From Candidatus Latescibacterota bacterium (lineage in GTDB: Bacteria; Latescibacterota; UBA2968; UBA8231), in NCBI GenBank assembly GCA_963422735.1, contig OY730476.1, forward strand, positions 2,400,001-2,464,000: a stretch of DNA of 64,000 nucleotides, written 5' to 3'. Shown piece by piece: positions 8,471 to 18,901 of this stretch. Below the pieces are notes generated by a model. That model had not been told where the DNA came from and ran no database searches. It was given only the letters and a program-made list of their open reading frames with translations. The first letter of the stretch is position 1. Each line of letters opens with the position of its first letter. The position numbers and the translations under genes were made by a program.

Positions 8471-9349
8471 ATGACAAAATGGATTATAGGGGCGATGTTG
8501 CTCGGCGCGGCTCAAACAGGTGCGGTGGATTTTTACGCGCATTGGGCCGACGGGAAGGCCGAGATCTCTAGCTATGAAGTGATTCAGCCACGCTACGGCG
8601 AGCTGCGGCAGGGGTACGGGGTGATGATTTTCGTGACCGAGAGCCTGCACCCACAGACCTTTATCAAGGTCGATTCTCCGACGCTGGAGGCCAACCAATT
8701 CTACGCGCTCAAGCTCAACCACATCCTCAAGTTTACGACTGGGATATACGACTATTCGGTAATGACCTCGGTTTTCAGCCAAGTGGCGGGCGAGCGGCAT
8801 CCCTTTGAGTTACGGCGCATTTCATTCAGTGCGCAGGAGTGGTGCGGGCAGGTCTTTGACGAGGCCCTGTTCAGCGACGGGCAGATCAACGGGCACATCA
8901 GCAGCTATTTTGCCAGTGAAGGCCGGGGCACCTATCGGCTAAAGCACCCCGAGCACTTCGCGAGCGAGGATCATCTGCTGATCCGCATCCGAGAGTTGCA
9001 AGGGCCGTTTATGGACTTGAGTGAGGTGCGGGAGGTGGAGGTGCTGCCGAGCTTTTGGCAGCTTCGGCAGGCGCATCAGCCCCATGCGGTCGTGTCCGGG
9101 CGGATCCACAAGGTCGCCGAGGAGCAGATTGAGACGGCAGCCGGCGCGCTGGCCAGCGTACGGTGGGAGCTGCACATTGGCCAGCGGCAGCGGACCTTTT
9201 GGACGGAAAAAGCCTATCCGCATCGGATTCTGCGCTGGGACGACGACGATGGAGGGCGCGGCACATTGATGCGGACTATGCGGGTGCCTTACTGGAAATT
9301 GCAGGCGAACGCAGACGCGGTGTACCGGCGAGAGTTGGGTATTCCCTGA
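8471..9349 (+). CDS. Exported conserved hypothetical protein
   Basis: Signal peptide and 'WADGKAEISSY...RYGELRQG...IFVTE', 'KFTTGIYDYSVMTSVF', 'QEWCGQ'. This resembles a family I recall from Bacteroidota; function unknown. Confidence 0.8.
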   Translation: MTKWIIGAMLLGAAQTGAVDFYAHWADGKAEISSYEVIQPRYGELRQGYGVMIFVTESLHPQTFIKVDSPTLEANQFYALKLNHILKFTTGIYDYSVMTSVFSQVAGERHPFELRRISFSAQEWCGQVFDEALFSDGQINGHISSYFASEGRGTYRLKHPEHFASEDHLLIRIRELQGPFMDLSEVREVEVLPSFWQLRQAHQPHAVVSGRIHKVAEEQIETAAGALASVRWELHIGQRQRTFWTEKAYPHRILRWDDDDGGRGTLMRTMRVPYWKLQANADAVYRRELGIP

Positions 9350-9365
9350 GATTGGCGACGACCTG

Positions 9366-9520
9366 TCAGTGCATCAGGGTCAGCTTGTGGCTTTCGACCG
9401 CCCCATCGACCGACAGCACCAGCAGATACAGACCCGACGCCTGAAACCAAACCGGCCGGCGTCGCGACCGTCCCAGACATATTGGTGCGGGAGCTGGCCG
9501 CTGGGCCTTTGCGGCTAGCT
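9366..9520 (-). pseudogene. Frameshifted 3' stub of a FlgD-Ig/T9SS type-A CTD protein gene
   Basis: Minus strand reads HQYVWDGRDAG, then after a frameshift QASGLYLLVLSVDGAVESHKLTLMH*. Confidence 0.75.
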
Positions 9521-9549
9521 CCCGCACCTGCTGCCCTAACTCGTCGTAG

Positions 9550-9640
9550 ATACGAACCGAGATTGACGACCACCCCGCTGAGGCCGGTCAGGGAGAATTT
9601 TACGAAAGTGCGGGGTGTGCCAAGCGCAGCGACCATTTTG
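9550..9640 (-). pseudogene. GtrA-like domain fragment
   Basis: 'TFVKFSLTGLSGVVVNLG' resembles the GtrA N-terminal motif. No intact gene surrounds it. Confidence 0.5.
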
Positions 9641-9655
9641 CGCGGGCCTTGCTGC

Positions 9656-10495
9656 TCAGGCCGAGTCGTATTCGGCCATTAAGCCGCGCAAGTAGCGCAC
9701 GGCCTTGGGCACGGCGGTCTCTTCTGCTTCCACGTCCTGCCCTTCGTACACAACCGATAGCCAGCCATTGTAGCTGACCCCTTTCAAAATCTCGAAGATG
9801 CGCGGATAGTTGAGCCACTCTTCAACGCCGCTTTGGATGCGGTAGATCTTGCAGCGAACGTGGACGGCCAACGGAGCGGTTTCCTCGATACTACCGTAAA
9901 AGTTGAGGGCGGGATCCTCGTGTCCGCGTTGGCCCGAAGCCCCGGGCGAGCCGACGTATTGACCTGTGTCGAGGATGTGCGAGAAATAGGGGTTATCAAC
10001 GCCCTCGATAATGCGGCGCACATCTTTGCCCGTGCGCGTGACGCAGCCGTGGTTGTGGTTGTGCAAGCCGACGACCACGCCCTTTTCCTCGCCGTGAGCC
10101 GCCACTTCCTCCAAGCAGGGCATCATCCGCGCCCACACATCCTCTTCGCGGTCGCCTTCGGGAATCCACGCGGCAAAGACCCGCACCAGCGGAATGCCCA
10201 TGAACGCGGCCACATCGATCCACTCCTTGGCTGTGGCGACTTCGGCGGCGAGCTCGTCTTGAGGCTTGCCGAAGTTGGAGCTGACGCCAATATAGGAGAG
10301 CGCGATCCCGCGTCTAAAGGCCTGCATGCGGATGCTGCGCAGATACGCCGGGTCAAGCGAGGCAAAGGCACGCGTGTGGATGTCGAGGCCGTCGAGGCCG
10401 AGCTGGTAGGCGCGTTCAATAAACTGCTCCAAGTCGAGCTTATTCGCGGCAAATTCGTCTTTATAACTGAGGGACATGCAGCCTAGTTTGAGCAT
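9656..10495 (-). CDS. Sugar phosphate isomerase/epimerase (xylose isomerase-like TIM barrel)
   Basis: Start MLKLGCMSLSY follows AAGGAG. Motifs 'WIDVAAFMG..VRVF', 'GLHNH', 'ILDTGQY', 'YNGWLSVVYEG'. Confidence 0.85.
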   Translation of the reverse strand: MLKLGCMSLSYKDEFAANKLDLEQFIERAYQLGLDGLDIHTRAFASLDPAYLRSIRMQAFRRGIALSYIGVSSNFGKPQDELAAEVATAKEWIDVAAFMGIPLVRVFAAWIPEGDREEDVWARMMPCLEEVAAHGEEKGVVVGLHNHNHGCVTRTGKDVRRIIEGVDNPYFSHILDTGQYVGSPGASGQRGHEDPALNFYGSIEETAPLAVHVRCKIYRIQSGVEEWLNYPRIFEILKGVSYNGWLSVVYEGQDVEAEETAVPKAVRYLRGLMAEYDSA

Positions 10496-10645
10496 TAGAG
10501 GTCTCCTTGAGAGTGGGATTGGGCGCAATTTGCCATTCGCATGTATTGCGCCGACAAAATAATGAACTATAGCGCGGCGGCCAATTTGTCCGCAGTCGGG
10601 GCTTGTGCTATTTTCCGCGCTCCATCTCCAACGGAAAGCAAAGCT

Positions 10646-11749
10646 GTGATCGAAGTAGGAGAATACAAAGTCGCCGAGCCGGACGGCATCGAAACACCAG
10701 CCATGCTGGTCTTTGCCGACCAACTCGAGCACAACATAAAAACAGTCGGCGAACTAGTCGGAGGCAGCGAGCATCTGTTCGTTCACGTCAAGACCCACAA
10801 GTCCATAGACATAGCGCGCAAACAGCTCGCATCCGGCGTCGCCGGGTTCAAATGTGCCACGCTCAAGGAACTAGAAATGGCCCTCGACGCCGGCGCGCAG
10901 GAAGCCATTTTGTCCTACCCGCTGGTGCAAAAAAGCAAGGTCCTGCGATTCGCCTCGTTGGCTCAAACAGAGGCGACCGTCAGCGCGATTGCCAGCGCAC
11001 CTGCACACGTGCAGCTCTTGGGCGCAATAGCCCAAGAGCTGCAGCAGATCCTGCGGGTGATGATCGACCTCAACGTAGGCATGTTCCGCACCGGCGTCCC
11101 TTTGGGCACAGCCGCCGATCTCTATCGCCAAGTCGCGCAACACCCCCACCTGTCCCTAGGCGGACTGCACTTGTACGACGGGCACGAGCACATCTCCGAG
11201 CCTAAGGCGCGCCAAGCAGCGGCCGAGCGGCACATCCGCGATGCCCAACGCCTAAAAGCGGCCCTCGAAGGCGAGGGTTTGGCCGTACCCCGGGTCGTCG
11301 GAGGCGGCTCCTTTTCCTTTCCATACTACGCCCGCGCCGAGGGGATGCACGGCTCCCCGGGCACCTGCGTGTACTGGGATGCTGGGTACGGCCGCATAAT
11401 GGCCGAGCTACCTTTCAAATGGGCGGCCCTCGTCCTGACGCAAGTGGTCGATCGCTATCCCGAGCAGCATACGATCACCACGGACTTGGGCACCAAGGCC
11501 ATTAGCGACGATGGCCCTATGCCGAGCCGGGCCAAGCTCTTGCAGAACGCAGAGGCCGAGTTGCTCAGGCAAAACGAGGAACACGGCGTCTTCTCTTGGC
11601 CCGAACCCCAACCCGAAGTCGGCACCTATCTCCTCGCCGTGCCTGGGCACGTGTGTCCGACGACGATTCGCTATCCGGGCGCACACGTTATCAACGGCCA
11701 CGGGCAGGTCGCCGATTACTACCTGCACTCGGCCCGCGACCGCTCCTAA
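10646..11749 (+). CDS. PLP-dependent D-threonine aldolase/DSD1-family enzyme (alanine racemase fold)
   Basis: 'ETPAMLV', 'HVKTHK' (PLP Lys), 'LHLYDGH', 'NEEHG', 'HVCPT'. GTG start inferred; the ORF is open from 10541. Confidence 0.85.
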   Translation: MIEVGEYKVAEPDGIETPAMLVFADQLEHNIKTVGELVGGSEHLFVHVKTHKSIDIARKQLASGVAGFKCATLKELEMALDAGAQEAILSYPLVQKSKVLRFASLAQTEATVSAIASAPAHVQLLGAIAQELQQILRVMIDLNVGMFRTGVPLGTAADLYRQVAQHPHLSLGGLHLYDGHEHISEPKARQAAAERHIRDAQRLKAALEGEGLAVPRVVGGGSFSFPYYARAEGMHGSPGTCVYWDAGYGRIMAELPFKWAALVLTQVVDRYPEQHTITTDLGTKAISDDGPMPSRAKLLQNAEAELLRQNEEHGVFSWPEPQPEVGTYLLAVPGHVCPTTIRYPGAHVINGHGQVADYYLHSARDRS

Positions 11750-11755
11750 TTAGCA

Positions 11756-12916
11756 ATGCCTGCACAGTTGAGGCTGGCGGAGCTGGCCGCCAAACAGCGG
11801 CGGCGCGTCGTGGGCCTGATGTCCGGGACCTCGGCCGACGGGATCGATGCCGTGCTGGTCGATCTGTGGGGCAGCGGTGAATCTACGCGCTACGAAATTT
11901 TGTCCTTTAACACTACGCCGCTGCCCACTGCCTTGCGACGCGAGGTGTTCGCCCTCTTTGCCGAGGATGCTTCGCTCGACGCGTTGTGCCGAGTCAACTT
12001 TGCCCTCGGCGAGGCTTTTGCAACAGCGGCCCTAGCCGCGATCGAGCAAGCCAAGCTCGGTCCCGAGTCCATCGACCTGATCGGCTCGCACGGGCAGACC
12101 GTGCGCCATCTGCCGGGTAGCGGGGCCACCTTGCAGATTGGCGAACCAGCCGTCATTGCCGCGTGCACGGGCGCGGTGACCATTGCGGACTTTCGCGCGG
12201 CCGACATGGCCGTCGGCGGCGAGGGCGCACCGCTGGTGCCCCTAGCGGATCACCTGCTCTTTGTCCATCGGCACGAGGGGCGTCTGCTGCTCAATATCGG
12301 CGGGATAGCCAACATCACGGCCTTGCCGCCCAACGCCGATGCCAGCGCAGTACGGGCCTTTGACCTAGGGCCTGGCAACATGCTCATCGACGCGGCTGTG
12401 GCGCACGGCACCAGCGGCCGCGAGCACTTTGACCGCGGGGGCATGCGGGCGGCGCGCGGGCGCGTCGATGAAACCCTGTTGGCCGAGCTGATGCGCACCA
12501 GCTTCTTGCAGCGCGAGCCGCCCAAGTCCACCGGGCGCGAGGAATTTGGCGAGCCTTTCCTCGCGGACATTCTCCGGCGCGGCACGTGGAGCGATAACGA
12601 CCTGATCGCCACGCTGACCGCCTTTACCGTGCAATCCATCGCCGAGGGCATTCGCCGCTTCTGCCCCAGGGAGTTCGCCAAGCTCTGGGTAGGCGGCGGA
12701 GGCGTCCACAATCCGCGCATTATGGCGGGATTGCGCCACGCGCTGCCGGGCCTAGCGGTGCGGTCGCTGGCCGAACTGGGCGTCGATCCCGACGCGCGCG
12801 AAGCCCTCGCCTTTGCGGTCCTCGCCAACGAGACGCTGATGGGCCGCACCGGCAATATCCCGACCGTCACCCGCGCACAGCGCCCGGTCGTTCTCGGCAA
12901 AATCGCCTTGCCGTGA
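11756..12916 (+). CDS. anmK: Anhydro-N-acetylmuramic acid kinase
   Basis: 'GLMSGTSADGID', 'GSHGQTV', 'DFRAADMAVGGEGAPLVP', 'NIGGIAN', 'PPKSTGREEF'. Confidence 0.96.
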   Translation: MPAQLRLAELAAKQRRRVVGLMSGTSADGIDAVLVDLWGSGESTRYEILSFNTTPLPTALRREVFALFAEDASLDALCRVNFALGEAFATAALAAIEQAKLGPESIDLIGSHGQTVRHLPGSGATLQIGEPAVIAACTGAVTIADFRAADMAVGGEGAPLVPLADHLLFVHRHEGRLLLNIGGIANITALPPNADASAVRAFDLGPGNMLIDAAVAHGTSGREHFDRGGMRAARGRVDETLLAELMRTSFLQREPPKSTGREEFGEPFLADILRRGTWSDNDLIATLTAFTVQSIAEGIRRFCPREFAKLWVGGGGVHNPRIMAGLRHALPGLAVRSLAELGVDPDAREALAFAVLANETLMGRTGNIPTVTRAQRPVVLGKIALP

Positions 12917-12977
12917 TTCGAGTGGCCAGTGGTTAGTTTCCCACCCGACCCTTCCTTTATAGATGGAATGAGTTGGG

Positions 12978-13008
12978 ACTGATCACTGATCACTGATCAC
13001 TGATCACT
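12978..13008. repeat. Heptamer tandem repeat (ACTGATC)4
   Basis: Four perfect copies plus ACT in the anmK-peptidase intergenic region. Confidence 0.9.
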
Positions 13009-13085
13009 ATTTTTTCTTGCTGAGAATCCGCGCCGCGAATATGTTTGCCCGCTAGTTTTCCGTACCAAACCACAAAGGAGATGCA

Positions 13086-15998
13086 ATGGATCGCCGCGAT
13101 TTTGAACTGCTGCGCGACGAAGAAATTTCCGAGCTCAATACCCGAGCCTTGCTCTACCGGCACCGCGCCGGCTGCGAGATCGTCTCGCTGATCAACCAAG
13201 ACGAGAACAAGGTCTTTGGGATCAATTTCCGCACCCCGCCGGCCGATTCGACCGGCATTGCCCACATCCTCGAACACTCGGTGCTTTGCGGCTCGCGCAA
13301 GTACCCGGTCAAGGAGCCGTTTGTCGAGCTGATCAAAGGCTCGCTCAACACCTTCCTCAACGCCTTCACCTATCCAGACAAAACTTGCTACCCGGTCGCC
13401 AGCACCAACTTGCAGGATTTCTACAACCTGATCGACGTGTATCTCGACGCTGTATTTCACCCGCGACTCACGCGGGAAGTCCTGCAACAGGAAGGCTGGC
13501 ACTACGAGCTAGAAGATCCCAGCGACCCGCTGCGCTACAAAGGCGTGGTCTTCAACGAAATGAAGGGCGCGTATTCCGATCCCGAGCGGATCCTAGCCGA
13601 GCGCACCCAGCAATCCATCTTCCCCGACACCGCCTATGGCGTGGATTCCGGCGGCGATCCGCGTCACATCCCAGCCCTCAGCTTTGACCAGTTCAAGCGC
13701 TTCCACGACGACTTTTACCACCCGTCCAATGCCCGCATCTACTTCTACGGCGACGATGATCCCCAGCACCGCCTCGCGCTTTTGCACGACTATCTAAGCG
13801 ACTACGAGGCGCATCCGGTTGACTCTACCATCGGGCCCCAGCCGCGCTTTGCCGCGCCCAAGCGGCAGCAATTTCCCTATGCGGTCGATCCAGACGCGGT
13901 CGAAGAACCAAAGTGCTTTGTCGCGCTCACTTGGCTGTTGCAAGACGCGATTGACGCCGACGAGCGCCGTGCCTTGCAGGTGCTCGAACACGCGCTGCTC
14001 GGCACCCCGGGATCCCCGCTGCGCAAGGCCCTGATCGACTCCGGGCTAGGTGAGGATTTGACCGGCAGTGGGTTAGAGACCGAGTTGGCGCAAATGTTCT
14101 TCAGCGTGGGCCTGAAGGGTGTGCAGCAGGGCAATGCCGATGCGGTCGAGGCCCTGATCTTGCAGCACCTCGGCGACTTGGCGCACGGTGGGATCGACCA
14201 AGGGATGGTTGCGGCCGCACTGCACACCGCGGAGTTCCGGCTCCGGGAAAACAACACCGGGTCCTATCCGCGCGGTTTGGGGCTGATGCTGCGGCTGTTG
14301 ACCGACTGGCTCTACGACCGCGACCCCTTCGCGTCCTTGCGCTTTGCCGACTCATTCGCCGCGCTCAAGGCCAAGCTGGCAGCGGACAACCGCTACCTAG
14401 AGGGGCTAATTCAACGCCACCTCCTAGACAACGCGCACCGCACGACCGTGGTCCTCCAGCCCGATGCTGAACTGGGGACGCGGCTGGAGGAGGAAGAGAC
14501 CTCACGCCTAGCAGAGGCCCAAGCGCACATGAGCCACGCGGATTTAGAGGAGCTGGTTGCGGCGACGCAAAAGCTCAAGCACCTACAAGAGCAACCCGAC
14601 GCGCCCGAGGATCTGGCCAAATTACCCCGTCTGCAATTGAGCGACCTCGACGCAGCGATCAAGACCGTGCCTCGGCAAGAGGACCAAATCGCCGGGGTGC
14701 CGGTGCTCCACCACGACCTCTTCACCAATGGCATTGCCTATCTCGACATAGGCTGCAATCTGCGAGTGTTGCCCCAAGAGCTTTTGCCCTATACCCCGCT
14801 CTTTGGGCGCACCCTGCTGGAGATGGGCACCAAGCGCATGAGCTTCGTCGATCTGCAACAGCGGATCGGCAGCCAGACCGGCGGCCTGAGCACCCATTCG
14901 CTGATAGGGGCGCGCCTCGGCGGCGGCCCGGCCGCTGCGTACCTCTTTTTGCGCGGCAAGGCCATAGTCGAACGGGTCGCCGACCTGACGGCGATTGTGC
15001 GCGACGTACTGCTAGAGGGCCGTCTCGACGATCGCGAGCGCTTCTTGCAGATGGCCTTAGAAGAGCGAGCTAGCGCAGAGGCCGGGCTGGTGCCGGGCGG
15101 GCACCGGGTAGTGTCCACGCGGCTGCGAGCGCAATTTGACGAGACCGGCTGGCTCGCAGAGCAGATGCGCGGTTTGAGCTATCTGTTCTTCTTGCGGCAG
15201 CTCATTGACGACATCCATCGCGACTGGCCAGCAGTGCAGGCGCGGCTAGAGCAGATCCGCGCCTTGTTAGTCAACCGGTCGGGTATGCTGTGCAACGCGA
15301 CCGTGGCCGGCAGCGACCGCGCTACGTGTGACCAAAGCCTAGAAGCACTGTTGCGCGAGTTGCCCCAAGAAGCGCACTCGCCCGCGACTTGGACTCCGCA
15401 TCTAATGGCTGGCGACGAGGGCCTGACCGTCCCCGCCCAAGTCAACTACGTGGGCAAGGCGGCCAACATCTTCGCGCTCGGCTACGAATTGGACGGGTCG
15501 GCGGCCGTCATCACTCGCTACTTGGCCACGACTTGGCTCTGGGATCGGGTGCGAGTCCAAGGGGGGGCCTACGGGGCTTTTTGCTCCTTCGACCCGTTTA
15601 CCGGCGTGTTCGCGTACGCGTCTTACCGCGATCCCAACTTGCTGGAGACGCTGGAAGTATACGATCAGAGCGGATCCTTCTTGCGCGACCATCCGATCAG
15701 CAGCGACGAGCTGACCAAGGCCATTATTGGCACCATCGGCGACTTCGACGCCTACCAGCTCCCCGACGCCAAGGGCTACGCCTCGCTGATGCGCTATCTG
15801 GCCGGCATTGACGACGGCTATCGCCAGCAAATGCGCGACCAAGTCTTGGCCACCAAGGCCGAGCACTTTGCGGATTTTGCCGCTGTGCTGGACCAAGTCG
15901 GCGCAGCGGGCCGGGTTGCAGTATTGGGGTCGGCAGATGCGATTGCAGCGGCTTCGGCTGCGCGCGGAAATTGGCTGACGCCGGTCAAAGTGCTGTGA
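13086..15998 (+). CDS. M16C metallopeptidase (presequence protease/PreP-like, insulinase family)
   Basis: Inverted zinc motif 'HILEH', 'NAFTYPDKTCYP', 'KGVVFNEMKG', 'VRVQGGAYG', 'SYRDPN'; AAGGAG RBS. Confidence 0.96.
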   Translation: MDRRDFELLRDEEISELNTRALLYRHRAGCEIVSLINQDENKVFGINFRTPPADSTGIAHILEHSVLCGSRKYPVKEPFVELIKGSLNTFLNAFTYPDKTCYPVASTNLQDFYNLIDVYLDAVFHPRLTREVLQQEGWHYELEDPSDPLRYKGVVFNEMKGAYSDPERILAERTQQSIFPDTAYGVDSGGDPRHIPALSFDQFKRFHDDFYHPSNARIYFYGDDDPQHRLALLHDYLSDYEAHPVDSTIGPQPRFAAPKRQQFPYAVDPDAVEEPKCFVALTWLLQDAIDADERRALQVLEHALLGTPGSPLRKALIDSGLGEDLTGSGLETELAQMFFSVGLKGVQQGNADAVEALILQHLGDLAHGGIDQGMVAAALHTAEFRLRENNTGSYPRGLGLMLRLLTDWLYDRDPFASLRFADSFAALKAKLAADNRYLEGLIQRHLLDNAHRTTVVLQPDAELGTRLEEEETSRLAEAQAHMSHADLEELVAATQKLKHLQEQPDAPEDLAKLPRLQLSDLDAAIKTVPRQEDQIAGVPVLHHDLFTNGIAYLDIGCNLRVLPQELLPYTPLFGRTLLEMGTKRMSFVDLQQRIGSQTGGLSTHSLIGARLGGGPAAAYLFLRGKAIVERVADLTAIVRDVLLEGRLDDRERFLQMALEERASAEAGLVPGGHRVVSTRLRAQFDETGWLAEQMRGLSYLFFLRQLIDDIHRDWPAVQARLEQIRALLVNRSGMLCNATVAGSDRATCDQSLEALLRELPQEAHSPATWTPHLMAGDEGLTVPAQVNYVGKAANIFALGYELDGSAAVITRYLATTWLWDRVRVQGGAYGAFCSFDPFTGVFAYASYRDPNLLETLEVYDQSGSFLRDHPISSDELTKAIIGTIGDFDAYQLPDAKGYASLMRYLAGIDDGYRQQMRDQVLATKAEHFADFAAVLDQVGAAGRVAVLGSADAIAAASAARGNWLTPVKVL

Positions 15999-16045
15999 GC
16001 ATCGACTGCCAGCGGAATATTCTATGCCGCAAAAGTTGTTTGCGC

Positions 16046-16077
16046 GACCGCCTAAGCGATTAGGCGGTCTTTATTTT
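16046..16077 (+). terminator. Intrinsic terminator
   Basis: GACCGCCTAA-GCGA-TTAGGCGGTC (10-bp stem, GNRA loop) followed by TTTATTTT. Confidence 0.85.
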
Positions 16078-16210
16078 AGCGACAGTTCACATAGTCGCGC
16101 TTGGTGGGTCATAGCGTCCCACTCGCATCCGGGCCTTCATAGGAGCGAACCTGTGTCTGTCTGTCGCGTATGCGAGTGGGAAGCCCTTAATTCCCCACAG
16201 AGCAAACATC

Positions 16211-17557
16211 ATGGCCCCTGTCCCAAACATCCTCTTCCTCTTGACCGACAACCAGCGCAACGACCTGCTCGGCTGCGCCGGCAATCCGATCATCCAAACC
16301 CCGAACATCGATCGGCTTGCCGCAAGCGGCGTCCGCTTAGCAAACGCATTCTGCACCAGTCCAATCTGCGCCGCTAGTCGGGCGAGCTATCTCACCGGCG
16401 TCTATGAAAGCCGCCACCAATTCACCTTCCTCACACCACCCCTCCAACGCGCATTCACCGACAGCTCCTATCCGGCGGCCCTCAAAAGGGCGGGGTACCA
16501 CACGGGGCTGATCGGCAAGTTCGGCATTGCCGCAAAAGGAATTGACCCTTCTCTCGAAGACGAGGACGCGATAGGAAAGATGTTTGACGCGTTCGACAAC
16601 TACGAACATTGGACCGCAGACGGGTATGAAATCAGACAGCCGAACGGCCGCGTACGCCACCTGACCGACATTACCGGGGACAAGACGATCGACTTCTTAC
16701 GCACCCATCGAAGGGATCATCCCAGCCGGCCGTTTTGTCTCTCCGTCAGCTTCAACGCACCGCACGCTCAAGACCACGACCCACGCCACTACATCTGGCC
16801 GGCGGCTGAAGAGCCGCTCTACGCGGATGTGAAAATGCCGGAGCCGATCAACGCCCATCCCGACTTCTTCTGGCGGCTGCCGAAATTTCTGCGCGAGACG
16901 GAAAGTCGCGGACGGTGGCAGGACCGCTATGCGACGCCTGCGGACTACCAGCGGAACATGCGCGGCCTGTACCGGATGGTGAGCGGCGTCGATCGCAACA
17001 TCGGCAAGATTCTCGCGGCGTTGGATCAGCTATCGTTAGCCGCCAATACGGTCGTGATCTTTGCATCGGACCACGGGATGTACTACGGCGATCGCGGGCT
17101 AAGCGACTGCTGGCAGTTGAACGAACAGTCGATCCGCATTCCCCTGATCGTATTTGATCCGCGAGTTGACGAAGGTAATCGAGGGGTCATTCGCGAAGAA
17201 ATGGCACTCAACATCGATGTGGCACCAACCATTCTCGAATTAGCCGGTTTGGACGCTGCGGATAGAATGCAGGGGGAATCCCTCGTCCCCTTGTTGCGCG
17301 GCAAAAAAGTCGAATGGCGCAAGGCGTTCTTCTGCGAGCATCGGTTCGACCGCGCCGACATCCCCAAGAGCGAAGGAGTGCGCACCCAACGCTGGAAATA
17401 CATTCGCTACTACGAGCAACAGCCCTTCTATGAGGAGCTATACGACTTTCTCAAAGACCCCCACGAGTCTTGCAATCTCGCAGGCGATCCCAAGTTCTCA
17501 GATCAACTCGCACAACTGAGACGACAGTGCGACGCACTGTGCGTTGAATGCGCTTAG
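16211..17557 (+). CDS. Sulfatase (S1 family, Cys-type)
   Basis: 'PNILFLLTDNQR', 'CAASRASYLTG', 'GKF', 'APH', 'SDHG', 'EELYD...DP.E..NLA'. Confidence 0.93.
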   Translation: MAPVPNILFLLTDNQRNDLLGCAGNPIIQTPNIDRLAASGVRLANAFCTSPICAASRASYLTGVYESRHQFTFLTPPLQRAFTDSSYPAALKRAGYHTGLIGKFGIAAKGIDPSLEDEDAIGKMFDAFDNYEHWTADGYEIRQPNGRVRHLTDITGDKTIDFLRTHRRDHPSRPFCLSVSFNAPHAQDHDPRHYIWPAAEEPLYADVKMPEPINAHPDFFWRLPKFLRETESRGRWQDRYATPADYQRNMRGLYRMVSGVDRNIGKILAALDQLSLAANTVVIFASDHGMYYGDRGLSDCWQLNEQSIRIPLIVFDPRVDEGNRGVIREEMALNIDVAPTILELAGLDAADRMQGESLVPLLRGKKVEWRKAFFCEHRFDRADIPKSEGVRTQRWKYIRYYEQQPFYEELYDFLKDPHESCNLAGDPKFSDQLAQLRRQCDALCVECA

Positions 17558-18810
17558 TCTGTCAGGCGTTTGGCGTACTCGCCGCGCGGGATGCGGAAGT
17601 ACCCCTGAAAGCAGAGTACGCCCGCGGCCGTAATCACGGCACTGCTCAAAAACAACGCCCGATACCCTAGCGCATCGATTAGCCAGCCACCGCCGAGCGA
17701 AACGCCGGCACTGCTGATGCCGTAGGCCATGGCCAGGGCCGAACTCATAGTCACTCGCCAATGCTCGGGGACCAGCTCCTGCTGAAAGACGATATAGACC
17801 GAGCGGCGGATCGAGCTGAGAGCGACCAAGGCCATGCAGGCGGCTCCGGCCACCGCCCAATGGGCGACCAAGGCCAGAGGTATAAGGCACAGCACCATCG
17901 CCCCAGCGCCCGCAGTAATCACCGGCACCCGACCGAAACGCCGGCTGAGCGCCGGGGCGGCCAGTGCGGTACAGGCGGCCAAGAGCTGACCCCCGGCAGT
18001 CAGGCTGCCGATCAGCGCCGTAGAGGCCCCGAGGCCGTCGTCCATGTACACATTGAAGAAGATGCGGAGGCTGTTTTCTGCGGCCATCTGCAGGAAGGTG
18101 ACTAGGCTCAAGGCGAGGACGATGGCCAGAGGAAAGGGTGCCGCCTGGCCGCGTTCCCTCGCGGGGGGTTTATGCGCGGGGGAACGGGTTGCTGCGATAG
18201 CCCCGGCACTGACGAATAGCACACCGGCAGCCATCAGCAGCGGATATCGGTAGGGGGCTGGGTGGTCTTCGGGCAGGCCGAGGAGCGCGGAGAAAAGGCC
18301 GGGCAGCAGGCCACCGCATAAGCTGCCGGCAAAACCCGCCAGCGGCCACAGGGCTACTTGGGTCGAGAATACGTGGTTGCGCAGTCGCGGCGGGCAGATC
18401 AGGGTCAGGAAGGGGATCGAGCAGACGAGGAAGAGCGTATTGCCGAGGACGCCGAGGGCATACGCCCCCATGATCCAAGCTAGCTGCGCGGAGGTAGGAG
18501 CGAACTCGCCGAGGGGCAACAAGCCGAAACCGAGGGCGGCGATCACCATGCCAGCGATCATGCTCTGGCGCGCCCCCCAGCGGTTGGCCAACAAGCCCGC
18601 GGGCATGCTCAAGAGGGCAAACGACAGCGCACCAACGGCGTTGACTTGGCCGATCAATTGGGGGCCGTAGCCCAAGCGCAGGAGATAGAGATTGAGCAGA
18701 ACGGTATAGACGCCGCCGAAGATCGTGAAGCCGATCAGAGCTTGGCTAAAGAGCACTAGGCGCACGTCGCGGTTGAAAAGCGCAAGCGCCTCGCGATGAG
18801 TGGAGACCAA
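17554..18810 (-). CDS. MFS transporter
   Basis: About 12 hydrophobic segments with an MFS motif A-like 'GLLANRWGAR'. Confidence 0.9.
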   Translation of the reverse strand: MVSTHREALALFNRDVRLVLFSQALIGFTIFGGVYTVLLNLYLLRLGYGPQLIGQVNAVGALSFALLSMPAGLLANRWGARQSMIAGMVIAALGFGLLPLGEFAPTSAQLAWIMGAYALGVLGNTLFLVCSIPFLTLICPPRLRNHVFSTQVALWPLAGFAGSLCGGLLPGLFSALLGLPEDHPAPYRYPLLMAAGVLFVSAGAIAATRSPAHKPPARERGQAAPFPLAIVLALSLVTFLQMAAENSLRIFFNVYMDDGLGASTALIGSLTAGGQLLAACTALAAPALSRRFGRVPVITAGAGAMVLCLIPLALVAHWAVAGAACMALVALSSIRRSVYIVFQQELVPEHWRVTMSSALAMAYGISSAGVSLGGGWLIDALGYRALFLSSAVITAAGVLCFQGYFRIPRGEYAKRLTD

Positions 18811-18901
18811 TTTCTTTTTTGCTGGAATGGGAGATGGCAGTTATGTATTAGGAAAGTAAACCAACGGCTCGCGTCGAAAAAGGCCATGTAGCGGAGGCGA
18901 C

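Noticed and set aside
13086-15998. Eukaryote-like presequence protease as evidence of host gene transfer
   Set aside because: M16C/PreP homologues are known in many bacteria, and the gene's composition matches its neighbours.
16211-17557. Sulfatase CAASR signature as a novelty
   Set aside because: CxAxR is a known variant of the CxPxR motif.
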